Assembly (NCBI GenBank): GCA_050287845.1
Contig: JBNKCR010000055.1
Coordinates: 96,001-160,000 of the forward strand
DNA length: 64,000 nt
From: Polyangia bacterium
Lineage (GTDB): Bacteria; Myxococcota_A; Polyangia; JAAYKL01
Direction: 5' to 3'
How positions within the stretch are numbered: position 1 is the stretch's first letter; every line of letters starts with the position of its first letter. Positions 28,692-38,523 of this stretch are shown piece after piece. Both the position numbers and the translations under genes were made by a program. The notes beneath the pieces are model-generated. The model searched no databases, was not told the DNA's origin, and saw nothing but the letters and a program-made list of their open reading frames with translations.

Positions 28692-29969
28692 TCAGTTCGA
28701 GGGGGTAACCTCGTGGTACATTTCGTCACCCAGCAACCAGGCGGTGACAGTTTGATTGTGATGACCAAGGGCACCGGTGATAGTTGCGCCGGTTTCTCCG
28801 AAAGTCGATAATCCTACCATCGGTACCTCTCGCGCTTCACCGGTCAGCCTGGCCAGACAATCCTGAACGGCCTGAACCTCCATGGCGGAACACGACAGCG
28901 CCTTGCCGTGAAGATGACACAGAACGCAATTGAACAGTACCACCGCTGCGACCCGCTTGGGGCGCCCCGCATCAACCCATGCCCGCTCCACTGCGGTTCG
29001 CACCGAATCAACCCGACTGTCGGCGTCTCCCCTCAGCAGCGTCAGACCGATTCCAGGTGGAACGGCAGAGAAGAACGACATCGATCCGTCGCTTCCAATA
29101 TCGGCAGGAGAGCGCACCTGCCAATAGCCACTCGTGGCGTCCAGCAATCCCAGTGGATGGTGCAGAAACTGCGTTTTCGCCTCGTCGATGGTTTTTGCCC
29201 CCACCAATTCGCAATATACCTCTGCCGCAGGTCGGTTATCGAACGACAGAACTTTGCGTCCTTCGGCTTTAGTGATGAATGCGCCCTTGTCCAGCACAGC
29301 GGAGAAGCAGTTGGCCATCCCCGTGCCATTTTTAAGAGACGTTGCGATTGCGACAATACCGAGCTCGTCCTTAAGTACCCGTCCGTTCTGGTACACGCGT
29401 GGCTCCACAAATCGCGAAAGTGCATCCGCCGCAGAACCGCCGACCACCCTTGCGCCACGGCCAACAATATTGGCGATGCCCCGGATGGTATCCTCCTCGC
29501 AAAAGGTACGACCGTCGTGGCCTACCAGCAGCGTGAAAGGAGTTGCAGCTATCATCTCCACAGCAGAGCGCCGCAGCATCCCCAGGTAAAGGTACTCCGG
29601 TCTGAAATTCAGATTGCTGATTGCCTCAGTCGTAGCGGATTCACCGGCGGCGATGGCGTCGCTGCCGATTGGGCTTGCACCGGCACCAAAACTAATCGCC
29701 TGCTGCGGCGCTTCAAAAGACATAATCGCCACAGAACCGGTGACAATGTCTTTTGATTTGTGACTCATTTCGCCGGCGCTGGACATACCCCATGTCGTCC
29801 CCCCGAGGGTTTGGTGGATGCGCTGGGCGATAGCATCCTGATCCTTCATCGCGTCAGCGAAAATGATTGAGAAAGATGCCTTGATGTTCTCGGCTTGAAG
29901 CTGGGAGAGCGCTTCCTCAACGGTCTCTCCGTGCCCCACCGACACTCGGATTCTGCTTTTTTTTGTCAT
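28692..29969 (-). CDS. Stand-alone FIST-domain protein
   Basis: GMSSAGE, VGGSAAD, FDNRPAAEVY, HPLG, FNCVLC, STFGE, HHNQT. Start at ATG 29969 after AAGAGGT. Confidence 0.88.
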   Translation of the reverse strand: MTKKSRIRVSVGHGETVEEALSQLQAENIKASFSIIFADAMKDQDAIAQRIHQTLGGTTWGMSSAGEMSHKSKDIVTGSVAIMSFEAPQQAISFGAGASPIGSDAIAAGESATTEAISNLNFRPEYLYLGMLRRSAVEMIAATPFTLLVGHDGRTFCEEDTIRGIANIVGRGARVVGGSAADALSRFVEPRVYQNGRVLKDELGIVAIATSLKNGTGMANCFSAVLDKGAFITKAEGRKVLSFDNRPAAEVYCELVGAKTIDEAKTQFLHHPLGLLDATSGYWQVRSPADIGSDGSMSFFSAVPPGIGLTLLRGDADSRVDSVRTAVERAWVDAGRPKRVAAVVLFNCVLCHLHGKALSCSAMEVQAVQDCLARLTGEAREVPMVGLSTFGETGATITGALGHHNQTVTAWLLGDEMYHEVTPSN

Positions 29970-30120
29970 GTCCACCTCTTTCGGAGGGAGTATGTACCGA
30001 GATCTTCCCGGTGCCCTGGACGGGTTGCCGGAGGCCAGCTTCCATCGTCCTGCCAAACATATAAACAATCGTCTTCTAAACGTAATCCAAATGAGTTGAT
30101 AGTCAAAAGAAAGTTCATGA

Positions 30121-30264
30121 CTATTCAACCGACGAGCATGGGAGAGCCAACCTGGAATTCTCAAAACAGATCATTTCCGCCGTCAGCTCAATATTATTTA
30201 ACGAGTAAAAGTCGAACGACTTAACTAACAAATCAGATAATGTAATCAACGAGGCCGTTTTCAT
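30121..30264 (-). CDS. Unannotated 47-aa small ORF
   Basis: AGAAAGGA RBS, then MKTASLITLSDLLVKSFDFYSLNNIELTAEMICFENSRLALPCSSVE*, about 50 nt downstream of a sigma28 motif. Confidence 0.5.
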   Translation of the reverse strand: MKTASLITLSDLLVKSFDFYSLNNIELTAEMICFENSRLALPCSSVE

Positions 30265-30312
30265 CACCGTATCCTTTCTGTTTGAGCCATGCCATGTCAA
30301 ATACAGAACTGA

Positions 30313-30339
30313 ATATCGGCAACACCCGACGAAAGTTTA
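30313..30339 (-). promoter_or_regulatory. sigma28 (FliA) promoter
   Basis: TAAACTTT-N11-GCCGATAT versus consensus TAAAGTTT-N11-GCCGATAA. Confidence 0.8.
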
Positions 30340-30512
30340 TACTGTTTTACATTTTAAAGCCGATTCCAATGCCAAACGGCTCTTTTCAATACTTTGCCAA
30401 CTCGAAGGGTGACATAGGGTTTTGGGGGACAAGGGGTCAAACCTTCCTACTCGCCATTTGAAGCAAGGCAATGAAAATAATTGGACAGGCGTGCACCCAG
30501 CGTCTCCTATAT

Positions 30513-31286
30513 TCAAAATTCAATTTTCATCAAATCCGGGTGAATGAATTTGTATTTCAGGGTGGTTTTCAGTTTTTCGTTGCTGATGGTTTTGTTGGAG
30601 CCCGTTTGGGTATCGCTGACTTCGGGTGGGGGCTGGTGGAGCAGGGCGGCGGCGTGGGTGTAGAACGCTATTTTTGTGGGGTGGGTGTCAGCGCAGCAGT
30701 TGAAGGTTTGATTCCAGGCCTGTTTGCGAATTATTTGATTGATGATTTCGATGCAGTCATCGCGGTGGATGAGGTTGACGGGGGCGGTTGGATTGGAGAG
30801 GGAGCGGCCGCCGGCGAAGAAGAGGCCGGGGTGGCGGCGGTAGCCGACGAGGCCGGCGAAGCGCAGGACGGTGGTGTTGAGTCGCTTGTTGCCGGTGAAC
30901 ACTTTTTCAATGGAGAGGCGCTTGCCTTTGGGCAGGTCGTCGTCCTCTGTGGCGACCTGGTTGTTGTTGGGATAGACTGAGGTGGAACTGACCAGAATGA
31001 TATTTTGAATGGGGGAGCGCCTTATATGTTTTAAGAGTGTCTGGTGGCCTTCGACGCTGTCGGCCGGTATGTTCACTACCAGAGTTTCCGACTGAAGAAA
31101 TGCATCGACGTTGTCTGTGAGCGCGTTAATGTCCACAACAAAAGGTGTTGTACCAATGGCGCGCAACTGGTCGAGCCTGTCTGCAGTGGTGCTCGACGTT
31201 TTCACATCATACTTTTTTTGGACAAACTGCAGCGCCAGGGGATACCCCAGCCATCCGCTACCTAAAATGCTGATGCTTCTGTTCAT
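30513..31286 (-). CDS. Atypical SDR / NAD(P)-dependent epimerase-like protein (YeeZ-like)
   Basis: ILGSGWLG, SSTSVY, LRFAGLVG, VNLIHRDD. Confidence 0.9.
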   Translation of the reverse strand: MNRSISILGSGWLGYPLALQFVQKKYDVKTSSTTADRLDQLRAIGTTPFVVDINALTDNVDAFLQSETLVVNIPADSVEGHQTLLKHIRRSPIQNIILVSSTSVYPNNNQVATEDDDLPKGKRLSIEKVFTGNKRLNTTVLRFAGLVGYRRHPGLFFAGGRSLSNPTAPVNLIHRDDCIEIINQIIRKQAWNQTFNCCADTHPTKIAFYTHAAALLHQPPPEVSDTQTGSNKTISNEKLKTTLKYKFIHPDLMKIEF

Positions 31287-31461
31287 TTATCTCTTTCTAC
31301 CGTTATCCGCCGGAATCCTGAAACTTTTTTTAAAATTGAATCACAGCGGGCAAATATGGGATGAGTCACACCCCGGGAATTCGATATGGAGCTGTTCTTT
31401 TAAAACGCAGAAGCACTTTCAACTGAAAATCTGAAGAGAAGAGGGGAGATAAGGATGCGGG

Positions 31462-32562
31462 TTACTGGGGCATCATCATGCCGGGGGGCATTCCCTGCAT
31501 GCCGGGGGGCATTCCCTGCATGCCCATGGGCATTTGCGGTGCATCCTCATTTTTGTCATCCGATTTTGCATCCTTGAGGAAATCTTTAGCTACCTTCTGT
31601 GTGGCCGGTTCCATGCCGTAATTGGCCACTTTAACGATGTACTCGCTGTCACTGGATTTGACATACCGCTGGCTGCCGTCATCCTTGGCACCGATGGTCA
31701 GAGTCACCTTGTGGGGTTTGCCGTCCTTCTCGGTTTCAATGACCACCGTTGCGCCATCTTTGAGACCATACGAAGCGTCTTCCTTTTTGCCCAGCGGCTC
31801 CGCCAATTTCACGTCGAGGAATTTTTCGACAAATGATTTCAGGCCTTTTTTATCCACCTGCCTGGGAACCGCGGAATCGGTATCTGCTTTTTCAACGGCT
31901 TCGGTATCGGAATTGACAGCTTCAACAAGCCCGGGAATATCCCAGTTGTCGCCATCCTTAACGATATTGATGGTGCCTTTTGCATTGGTCACGGTGATGG
32001 ATTTTGCCTTGTCCGCTTCGATTTTCACGTACTGGTTATCCACATAATTCGACGCGCGGCTGTTGATGCTCCATACGGACAGACCGATGGCGGCATACAC
32101 ATCTTTTGAATCGCCCAGACGAACGTGAGCGCTGCCCTGTGCGCCACGGCCCACGAACACCACCACATCCTTGCCTCCAGCGGTAAAAGTTATCTTACGG
32201 TCAAACGCATCGTCGCCCACATTGAGCGCCGCATGGTTGGCTTCGGTGGTAGCGATGGGCGTATCCACTTCGATAACCGTCATCATGTCCAACAACTCGG
32301 TGATTTTTTCCGCAGTTACCGGGAAATCGTCCGCTGAAGCCAGCACCCATTTGTCCCCATCCTTTTTGAAATTGAGAGCGGGTTGCACTTCGTCGCCCTG
32401 CGTGGCAACTACCTGTATCCCGGTGACATCACCGGATTTAAAATTAAAAAGAGCTGTTTTCTTTGTAACTTCTGGCACGTCTTTTACGGCTGACCATGTA
32501 ATGAGCGCCAGAGCCGCCTGCGCTACCAGAAGGGCGATGAGAATTTTATTGGTCTTATTCAT
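31462..32562 (-). CDS. DUF4340 domain protein
   Basis: N-terminal TM, YGL motif, follows a GldG-like gene with TGATG overlap, C-terminal MQGMPPG repeats. Confidence 0.8.
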   Translation of the reverse strand: MNKTNKILIALLVAQAALALITWSAVKDVPEVTKKTALFNFKSGDVTGIQVVATQGDEVQPALNFKKDGDKWVLASADDFPVTAEKITELLDMMTVIEVDTPIATTEANHAALNVGDDAFDRKITFTAGGKDVVVFVGRGAQGSAHVRLGDSKDVYAAIGLSVWSINSRASNYVDNQYVKIEADKAKSITVTNAKGTINIVKDGDNWDIPGLVEAVNSDTEAVEKADTDSAVPRQVDKKGLKSFVEKFLDVKLAEPLGKKEDASYGLKDGATVVIETEKDGKPHKVTLTIGAKDDGSQRYVKSSDSEYIVKVANYGMEPATQKVAKDFLKDAKSDDKNEDAPQMPMGMQGMPPGMQGMPPGMMMPQ

Positions 32563-35500
32563 CAGTTGCCCTCCTTCTCCAACAGAGATTTCTGCTTGCG
32601 TCGTCTCGTTACCGTTGCAAATACAACAATGGAAAGTGCAATCAGCACAAAGAGATAGTTCCCCCATTCCCATTTGTTGCGAGTGTCTTCATCGAGGGGT
32701 CTGAGCGTTCTGGCAAAGGTGCCCGCGGTGCGGATTTTAAGAAGTTCCGTATCTGCCACGGCCCAGTCAATGAGGTTTCGCATAAACTGGAAATTACTTC
32801 GGTGCACCTGACCCGCCATCTGCGCACCGATTTGCGCGGCGAGGTCGGAGAGCATTTCAGACGATCCGATAACAGCCAGCTTCGCACCGGGAACCGCCTT
32901 TTTCAATGTCCGCCCCGTACGGTCTTCCTTCTTCTCGTCCTTCTCCTCTTTTTTCTCACCGGCAGCCATTGCAGCTTCGTCATCACCGGCGCCATCACCT
33001 GTTTCAGCTTCAGCTGTCCCGGCATTCGCCTCACTGGCATCGCTGTCTGTTTCTGCCGCTGAACCGTCGGCGCCTTTGGCGTTGTCCTTTTTGTCAGCAG
33101 TGGCGGCTTTCGCATTCTCCTTTGTGAACAGGGGAGAGGGCTTGTCCGCGAAATAGCTGGGGAAGGTTCCTTCCAGTACGGCGGCCAACGCGTATTGTGC
33201 CCGGGTGTCCGGCGGAGCGAACTCCGTGGCGGCGCTTTCAATGCTTTCGGGCAGGATGGTCGGTGAATTCCGGGTCCACGCCTGATCAGTGGTTTTCAGA
33301 ATGACAGTGGATTTAATCCCTTCGAGTTTGTCGTTCACATCAATGGCGGAACCCCAGTTGAATACAACGTTCTGCAATCCGGACGTGGCAATGTGGCCGC
33401 TGGCGAATCCCTCTTTTCGAATATCCGGGAAGAAGGGGTAATCCATCATCTGTACTTTGCGCACCATGAACATTCCCTTTTTCTCCTGAACCGGTACCGG
33501 GAATGCTGCATTCTGCGCATCCATGACAAAACCTTCCTCGATGGTCACGCCATAATTTTTGAGCATTTCCTCGATACCCTTGTCTGCAGGCACGCCTTCA
33601 ACGGTCGAACGGCCGGGTTTCACACGCTGATCACCCGCCATCACAATCATGGCGCCGCCGCCCATCAGATACTGGTCAATGGCAAACTTCTGTTTGTCTG
33701 TCATTTTACCGGGCTTCCCAACCACCAGAACATCGATGTCGCCGGGAACCAGGCCTTCCTTCAAATCAACTCGCTGAACCTTGAACTCCTGAGAAAGCAT
33801 TTTTTCCAGGTTCTGATAGTCCGGTTTGGGCGCCGGCGGCTGCATATTCGGGGGCATCCGCGGATCCCGCTGCGGCTGTTCGGGCACCTCGGTGAAAATA
33901 CCGATTTTTTTGATGAACCCAGTCGCTTCGCGTTTGAATGCGCCCTCAATGGATGTCTTGATGGATGCTTCGGTTTGCGGTCCCTGTAATGCGATGCGGG
34001 TCGCCTTGTCGCCGTTTTCGAGAATCAGGTGCAGATAGAACAATTGCTCGCCAAACAGATCCAGAGCCATGGGCTGAATACCGTATTTGTCCATGAGCTC
34101 CTGCTGTTTCGCCTGATTGCCGTCCACATCCACTTCCTCATACTGGAATTTGCCCCTGGCTTTTTCTTCGAGTTCCTTTGCCACTTTGCTGATGAACTCC
34201 GGTACTTCTTTGGCGTCTTCGGGCAATTTGTCGGGAGTGACAAACAGGGTCAGTTTCGAAGGTTTCTGCATGCTGGCAAAAACAGATTCGATGGATTGGA
34301 ATCCGCTGCTTACTTTTTTGATTGCCTTGGTTACATCGTATTCCAGGTTCTTCAGTTTGACTTCAACGTCTTCATTGTTCTGCACAACCTCAATCAGGTC
34401 GTCAATGGAGAGCACTTCGTACTCATCTCCGTACTTCACCAGGATATGGAAATAGGCATTGACCACCGACTGCTGGTGCCTTGCGGAAACCCGGAAAGGC
34501 AGCGGCTGAATGTCGTAGGCCTGCGCCACTTCGGACTCCAGCTCCTCATCCGCATTGGGGTTTTCGAATTTGACAGTGACTTTACCGTGTCCGGCAATTC
34601 GGTACTCGTTCAGGAAGTCGCGAATATTCGGGACCAGCGGCGCCAGCAGCGGATGGGTTTTTTCCGAGAAATATCCGGCAATCACCAGGGGTTCCTGAAG
34701 GCCATTCAGGATTTCCTCGGTGGATTCGCTGATGGAGAACTGACCATCTTCGGTGAGATCCGCACGGATGCTGGTGACCGGTGCCAACCAGATGTTGCCG
34801 AGAATCATGTTCACCGCAACGAGAATGGCAGTGGCGTTTTTGGTGAACGCCCGGGCTTTCCCCTGCGACATCTGCGTGTCTATGCGTTTGATGTCAATGA
34901 AATGAACATTCAGGGTGACGAAGAATGCCGAAATGCTCAGGTAGTAAAAAATATCGCGCAAATCGAGAACACCCCGTTCAATGTTATAGAACCGGCTGCC
35001 CGATCCCAGCGCGCGAAGCAGATCGGCGGTGTGCGCACCCACAAAATTGAGTACGGTATCCGCACCAATCAGGTAAAATAATGCGCCGATTATGGCAGTG
35101 ACCATCAGCGATACAATCTGGTTGTTGGTCCGTGCGCTGACACACATGCCAATGGACATATAGGCCATCGCCAGAAACAGCGCGCCCACATATCCGCCAA
35201 TGACTGGCCCCGGATCCATATCCCCCAGAAAGGCCACCATGATGGGCAAAGGAAGGGTAAGCAGGAGCGCCACCACCACCAGCGCCATACCGGCCGCCAG
35301 CTTGCCGACCACCAGATTCCATGTTCGAATGGGCATGGTCATCAGTATTTCGAGTGTGCCCCCCGCCTGCTCTTCACTCCAGCTGCGCATGCTGATGGCT
35401 GCAACCAGGAAAATCAGAAGAATGGGAAGCCATTCAAACATGGGCCGCACATCGGCGATGTTGCGGGCAAAGAATGTGGCATAAGTGAAGAACACAAAAA

Positions 35501-35597
35501 GGTTCACCACCAGGAAAATCCCAAGGAAAATCAATGCCACGGGAGAGAGAAAGTATGAGCGAAGTTCTTTTACAAGAATAGTTTTCAATGGTTTCAT
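32562..35597 (-). CDS. Fused GldF-like ABC permease and GldG-like domain
   Basis: KELRSYFLSP, SMRSWSEEQAGGTLEIL, RADLTEDGQFSIS, LEYDVT, NLIDWA...IRT. Confidence 0.9.
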   Translation of the reverse strand: MKPLKTILVKELRSYFLSPVALIFLGIFLVVNLFVFFTYATFFARNIADVRPMFEWLPILLIFLVAAISMRSWSEEQAGGTLEILMTMPIRTWNLVVGKLAAGMALVVVALLLTLPLPIMVAFLGDMDPGPVIGGYVGALFLAMAYMSIGMCVSARTNNQIVSLMVTAIIGALFYLIGADTVLNFVGAHTADLLRALGSGSRFYNIERGVLDLRDIFYYLSISAFFVTLNVHFIDIKRIDTQMSQGKARAFTKNATAILVAVNMILGNIWLAPVTSIRADLTEDGQFSISESTEEILNGLQEPLVIAGYFSEKTHPLLAPLVPNIRDFLNEYRIAGHGKVTVKFENPNADEELESEVAQAYDIQPLPFRVSARHQQSVVNAYFHILVKYGDEYEVLSIDDLIEVVQNNEDVEVKLKNLEYDVTKAIKKVSSGFQSIESVFASMQKPSKLTLFVTPDKLPEDAKEVPEFISKVAKELEEKARGKFQYEEVDVDGNQAKQQELMDKYGIQPMALDLFGEQLFYLHLILENGDKATRIALQGPQTEASIKTSIEGAFKREATGFIKKIGIFTEVPEQPQRDPRMPPNMQPPAPKPDYQNLEKMLSQEFKVQRVDLKEGLVPGDIDVLVVGKPGKMTDKQKFAIDQYLMGGGAMIVMAGDQRVKPGRSTVEGVPADKGIEEMLKNYGVTIEEGFVMDAQNAAFPVPVQEKKGMFMVRKVQMMDYPFFPDIRKEGFASGHIATSGLQNVVFNWGSAIDVNDKLEGIKSTVILKTTDQAWTRNSPTILPESIESAATEFAPPDTRAQYALAAVLEGTFPSYFADKPSPLFTKENAKAATADKKDNAKGADGSAAETDSDASEANAGTAEAETGDGAGDDEAAMAAGEKKEEKDEKKEDRTGRTLKKAVPGAKLAVIGSSEMLSDLAAQIGAQMAGQVHRSNFQFMRNLIDWAVADTELLKIRTAGTFARTLRPLDEDTRNKWEWGNYLFVLIALSIVVFATVTRRRKQKSLLEKEGN

Positions 35598-36568
35598 GCG
35601 GCGTCCTCCTTCTTCGCCTCTGCTTTTTGTTTCGCCTGTTCATTGATCAGCGCGTTGAACGCCTGTTCCAGCGTCGGAGGGTTCGCGGTGATCGATCCCA
35701 CGGACCAGTTCCGGGCAGCAGCGAGAGTCAATATCTGGGGAATCGGCGCGACATCGCCCTTCCAGCGGATGCCCCAGATTGAATAGCCGCTCCGTTGCGG
35801 GTCTTTTTTCAATTTTTCAATTTTGCCCAGGCCCGAAACTTCATTGGCGGCCAATTCCAGGTCACTGGTGCCAACGCTGTCGGCCAGTGAAATCTCAATT
35901 CGATTGGATGTGAGGAATTCCTTGAGGGGAGCGTCCTTCACCAGCTGGCCGTCAATCAGAATCAGAACCCGGTCGCACACCGCCTCGATTTCCTGCAGAA
36001 TATGGGTCGATACAATGACCGTACTTTTTTCGGCGAGCTTTTTGATAAGTCCCCGGATTTCGATGATCTGTACCGGGTCAAGACCGTTGGTGGGTTCGTC
36101 GAGAATGAGCACCTCCGGTTGATGCAGAATCGCCTGGCAGATCCCCACTCGCTGACGATATCCTTTGGATAGCGTGCCAATGGGCCGTGTCAGGAATTTT
36201 TCGAGCCCGGTCGCCTTGACCGCCTCGATAATCATGGGAATCTGTTTTTCTTTCGGAAGCTCCCGCAACGAAGCAACCATCAGCAGATACTCCTGAACCA
36301 GCATTTCCGGGTACAGAGGGGCGTTTTCCGGCATGTAACCGATTTGCCGTTGGACGCCGATTCGATCTTCAAGTACGTCCTTGCCTCCCAGGAGGACGGT
36401 GCCTTCCGTCGGTTCGAGATATCCCGTAATCATCTTCATCATTGTTGTTTTGCCAGCGCCGTTTTGACCCAGTAGACCGACGATTTCGCCCTTCTGGATG
36501 TCCACGTTGACGTTTTTCACCGCTTCAACGGCCTGATACCGTTTACTCAGGTTTTTCGCGTGTATCAT
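35594..36568 (-). CDS. ABC transporter ATP-binding protein (GldA-like)
   Basis: GQNGAGKTT, LSKGYRQRVG, ILDEPTNGLDP. Confidence 0.95.
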   Translation of the reverse strand: MIHAKNLSKRYQAVEAVKNVNVDIQKGEIVGLLGQNGAGKTTMMKMITGYLEPTEGTVLLGGKDVLEDRIGVQRQIGYMPENAPLYPEMLVQEYLLMVASLRELPKEKQIPMIIEAVKATGLEKFLTRPIGTLSKGYRQRVGICQAILHQPEVLILDEPTNGLDPVQIIEIRGLIKKLAEKSTVIVSTHILQEIEAVCDRVLILIDGQLVKDAPLKEFLTSNRIEISLADSVGTSDLELAANEVSGLGKIEKLKKDPQRSGYSIWGIRWKGDVAPIPQILTLAAARNWSVGSITANPPTLEQAFNALINEQAKQKAEAKKEDAA

Positions 36569-36682
36569 GGATTCAATTCCTCCTCCTGCTAAGTGACAGA
36601 TGAGTTTGAAAATTTGATTCGTAAAACAAATCGAGGGGCTACTTATTCCAGAAAAGGAACAAAAAATCAGCGCTTTTTTGAT

Positions 36683-38317
36683 TTATTTGTACGGACGCCT
36701 GGTGAGACATGCGAATATTTCGTTGAACAGCGCTTCAGCCAGAATGGGCTTGGTGACATACCCGTCCACGCTGGCCTGAACGCATTTTTCCCGATCCCCT
36801 TTCATCGCCCTGGCGGTGACGGCAATGATGGGGAGGTGTTTTGTATCTGGATTTGATTTGATTCGGGCCGTTGCTTCATAACCGTCCATCTCCGGCATCA
36901 TCATATCCATCAGAATGAAGTCCACGGTTTCGGTTGGCAGTTTCGCCAGCGCTTCAACCCCATTTGACGCCACAGCCGTTTCAATGCCGACCTTGTCGAA
37001 CAATGAAAGAAGTACATAAACATTAATAATGTCATCTTCGACAAGCAGACAGCGTTTACCTCTGAGCAAATCCGAAATATCGGGTGGAATGGTTTCGCCC
37101 GTTCTCTGGCGAACCATCCCTGCGCGCTCCTCTGCCGGGTGGACGTTTTGTTTCATTAACACTTTGTGTTCCCGCGCTCTGACAATCTGGCGCTGGGGCA
37201 GGTACAGGACAAACGTGCTCCCCTCACCAACCTGACTTTTAAAAATAAGCTCGCCACCCATTATGTGTGCGAGCTTCCGTGAAATCGACAACCCCAATCC
37301 GGTGCCCCCGTACTTTCTTTTGATGCTGCCATCTGCCTGTCGGAATGCCTCAAACACAACCCCTTTCTGGTCTTCGGGAATACCAATTCCAGTATCAACT
37401 ACGGCAAAGGCAATGGATTCCCCGGGTTGAAGCACATGTCTCGGGGTTCGAACCGGTTCTGACGGCTCAAATACGTTCAGCGACACTTCGCCGGTCGCCG
37501 TGAATTTAATGGCATTGGATAACAGGTTGTTCAGCACCTGATGAACGCGAACGCTGTCGGCCATAATGAACGGTGGTACCTCTGAATCAATATGTACATT
37601 GAACTTCAGTCCTTTCTGGGTGGCGGTGTAGGAGATTTTTCTTTCGATATCCCGGATGAAGCCGGTGAGTTCCATCTGGTCAATCACAAATTCCATACGA
37701 CCGGATTCCACTTTCGATAAATCCAGAATTTCATTTATAAGATTGAGCAAGTCCGTTCCCGAGCTGTAAATGGTGTTGGCAAATTTCAGTTGCTTTTCGC
37801 TGAGATTCCGTTCGGAATTGTCCGCCAGCAGCTGCGCCAGCACCAGAATTGAATTCAGGGGAGTCCGCAGCTCATGACTCATATTCGAAAGAAACTCGGA
37901 TTTGGTCTGGCTGGTGGATTCGAGGTCTTTTTTCTGGCGATAATAATTGAGGTAGAATTTCAGTTTTGCGGGAAGAACCACCGGCAAGTCCGACCAGTGA
38001 ATGGAATCCACTGCGCCAGTTTCGTAGCCCCTGGCGATTTCCTGCTTGTTCATGCGGGCGCCGGAGTAAAAAATAATCGGGGTATGCTGCGCCATCGGGT
38101 GGGTGGCAATGATTCTCGCGGTTTCGAAACCGCCAATGTCGGGCATGTTCACATCGAGCAAAACAGCGCCAAATTCATACTTTGAGACCAGCTCTCGGGT
38201 TTCCTCACCCGAGTCCGCTTCCATGATCTGAATCTCCAGATTTTTTAACAGCTGTTTGATCTGCACCCGGTTGGCTATGCTATTGTCTGCCAGGAGCACT
38301 CTGGGGGTTACGTTCAT
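36683..38317 (-). CDS. Cytoplasmic hybrid histidine kinase (REC-HisKA-HATPase-REC)
   Basis: LLDVNMP, FLSNMSHELRTPL, NLLSNAIKFT, GGTGLGL, LMDMMMP. Start uncertain (38317 or 38344). Confidence 0.92.
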   Translation of the reverse strand: MNVTPRVLLADNSIANRVQIKQLLKNLEIQIMEADSGEETRELVSKYEFGAVLLDVNMPDIGGFETARIIATHPMAQHTPIIFYSGARMNKQEIARGYETGAVDSIHWSDLPVVLPAKLKFYLNYYRQKKDLESTSQTKSEFLSNMSHELRTPLNSILVLAQLLADNSERNLSEKQLKFANTIYSSGTDLLNLINEILDLSKVESGRMEFVIDQMELTGFIRDIERKISYTATQKGLKFNVHIDSEVPPFIMADSVRVHQVLNNLLSNAIKFTATGEVSLNVFEPSEPVRTPRHVLQPGESIAFAVVDTGIGIPEDQKGVVFEAFRQADGSIKRKYGGTGLGLSISRKLAHIMGGELIFKSQVGEGSTFVLYLPQRQIVRAREHKVLMKQNVHPAEERAGMVRQRTGETIPPDISDLLRGKRCLLVEDDIINVYVLLSLFDKVGIETAVASNGVEALAKLPTETVDFILMDMMMPEMDGYEATARIKSNPDTKHLPIIAVTARAMKGDREKCVQASVDGYVTKPILAEALFNEIFACLTRRPYK

Positions 38318-38523
38318 TTGCCAGTCGCTGTAAAATTTTTCCATTTTTTCCTGCCGTAAAATTATTCTTCCCACGGGAATTCTCGTCGCAGCAAACAAAA
38401 AATTAAGAGTGGCGCAGGGGCGACCAGCCGAATCCCTGCAAATGGGGGTGCAAAGACTGATCGACCCATGAAGAAAACGTTTATGGACTTGCGCGTTGAG
38501 CGGAATCCCAATACACTGCGTCA

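Noticed and set aside
29980..30060. c-di-GMP-II riboswitch before the FIST gene
   Set aside because: GGAAGC and GGGCAC are present, but the downstream GTGCAACC pairing segment is missing.
31462..36568. Bacteroidetes-type gliding machinery
   Set aside because: GldA/F/G-like ABC plus DUF4340 clusters are widespread in non-gliding bacteria, and no other gld/spr genes are present.
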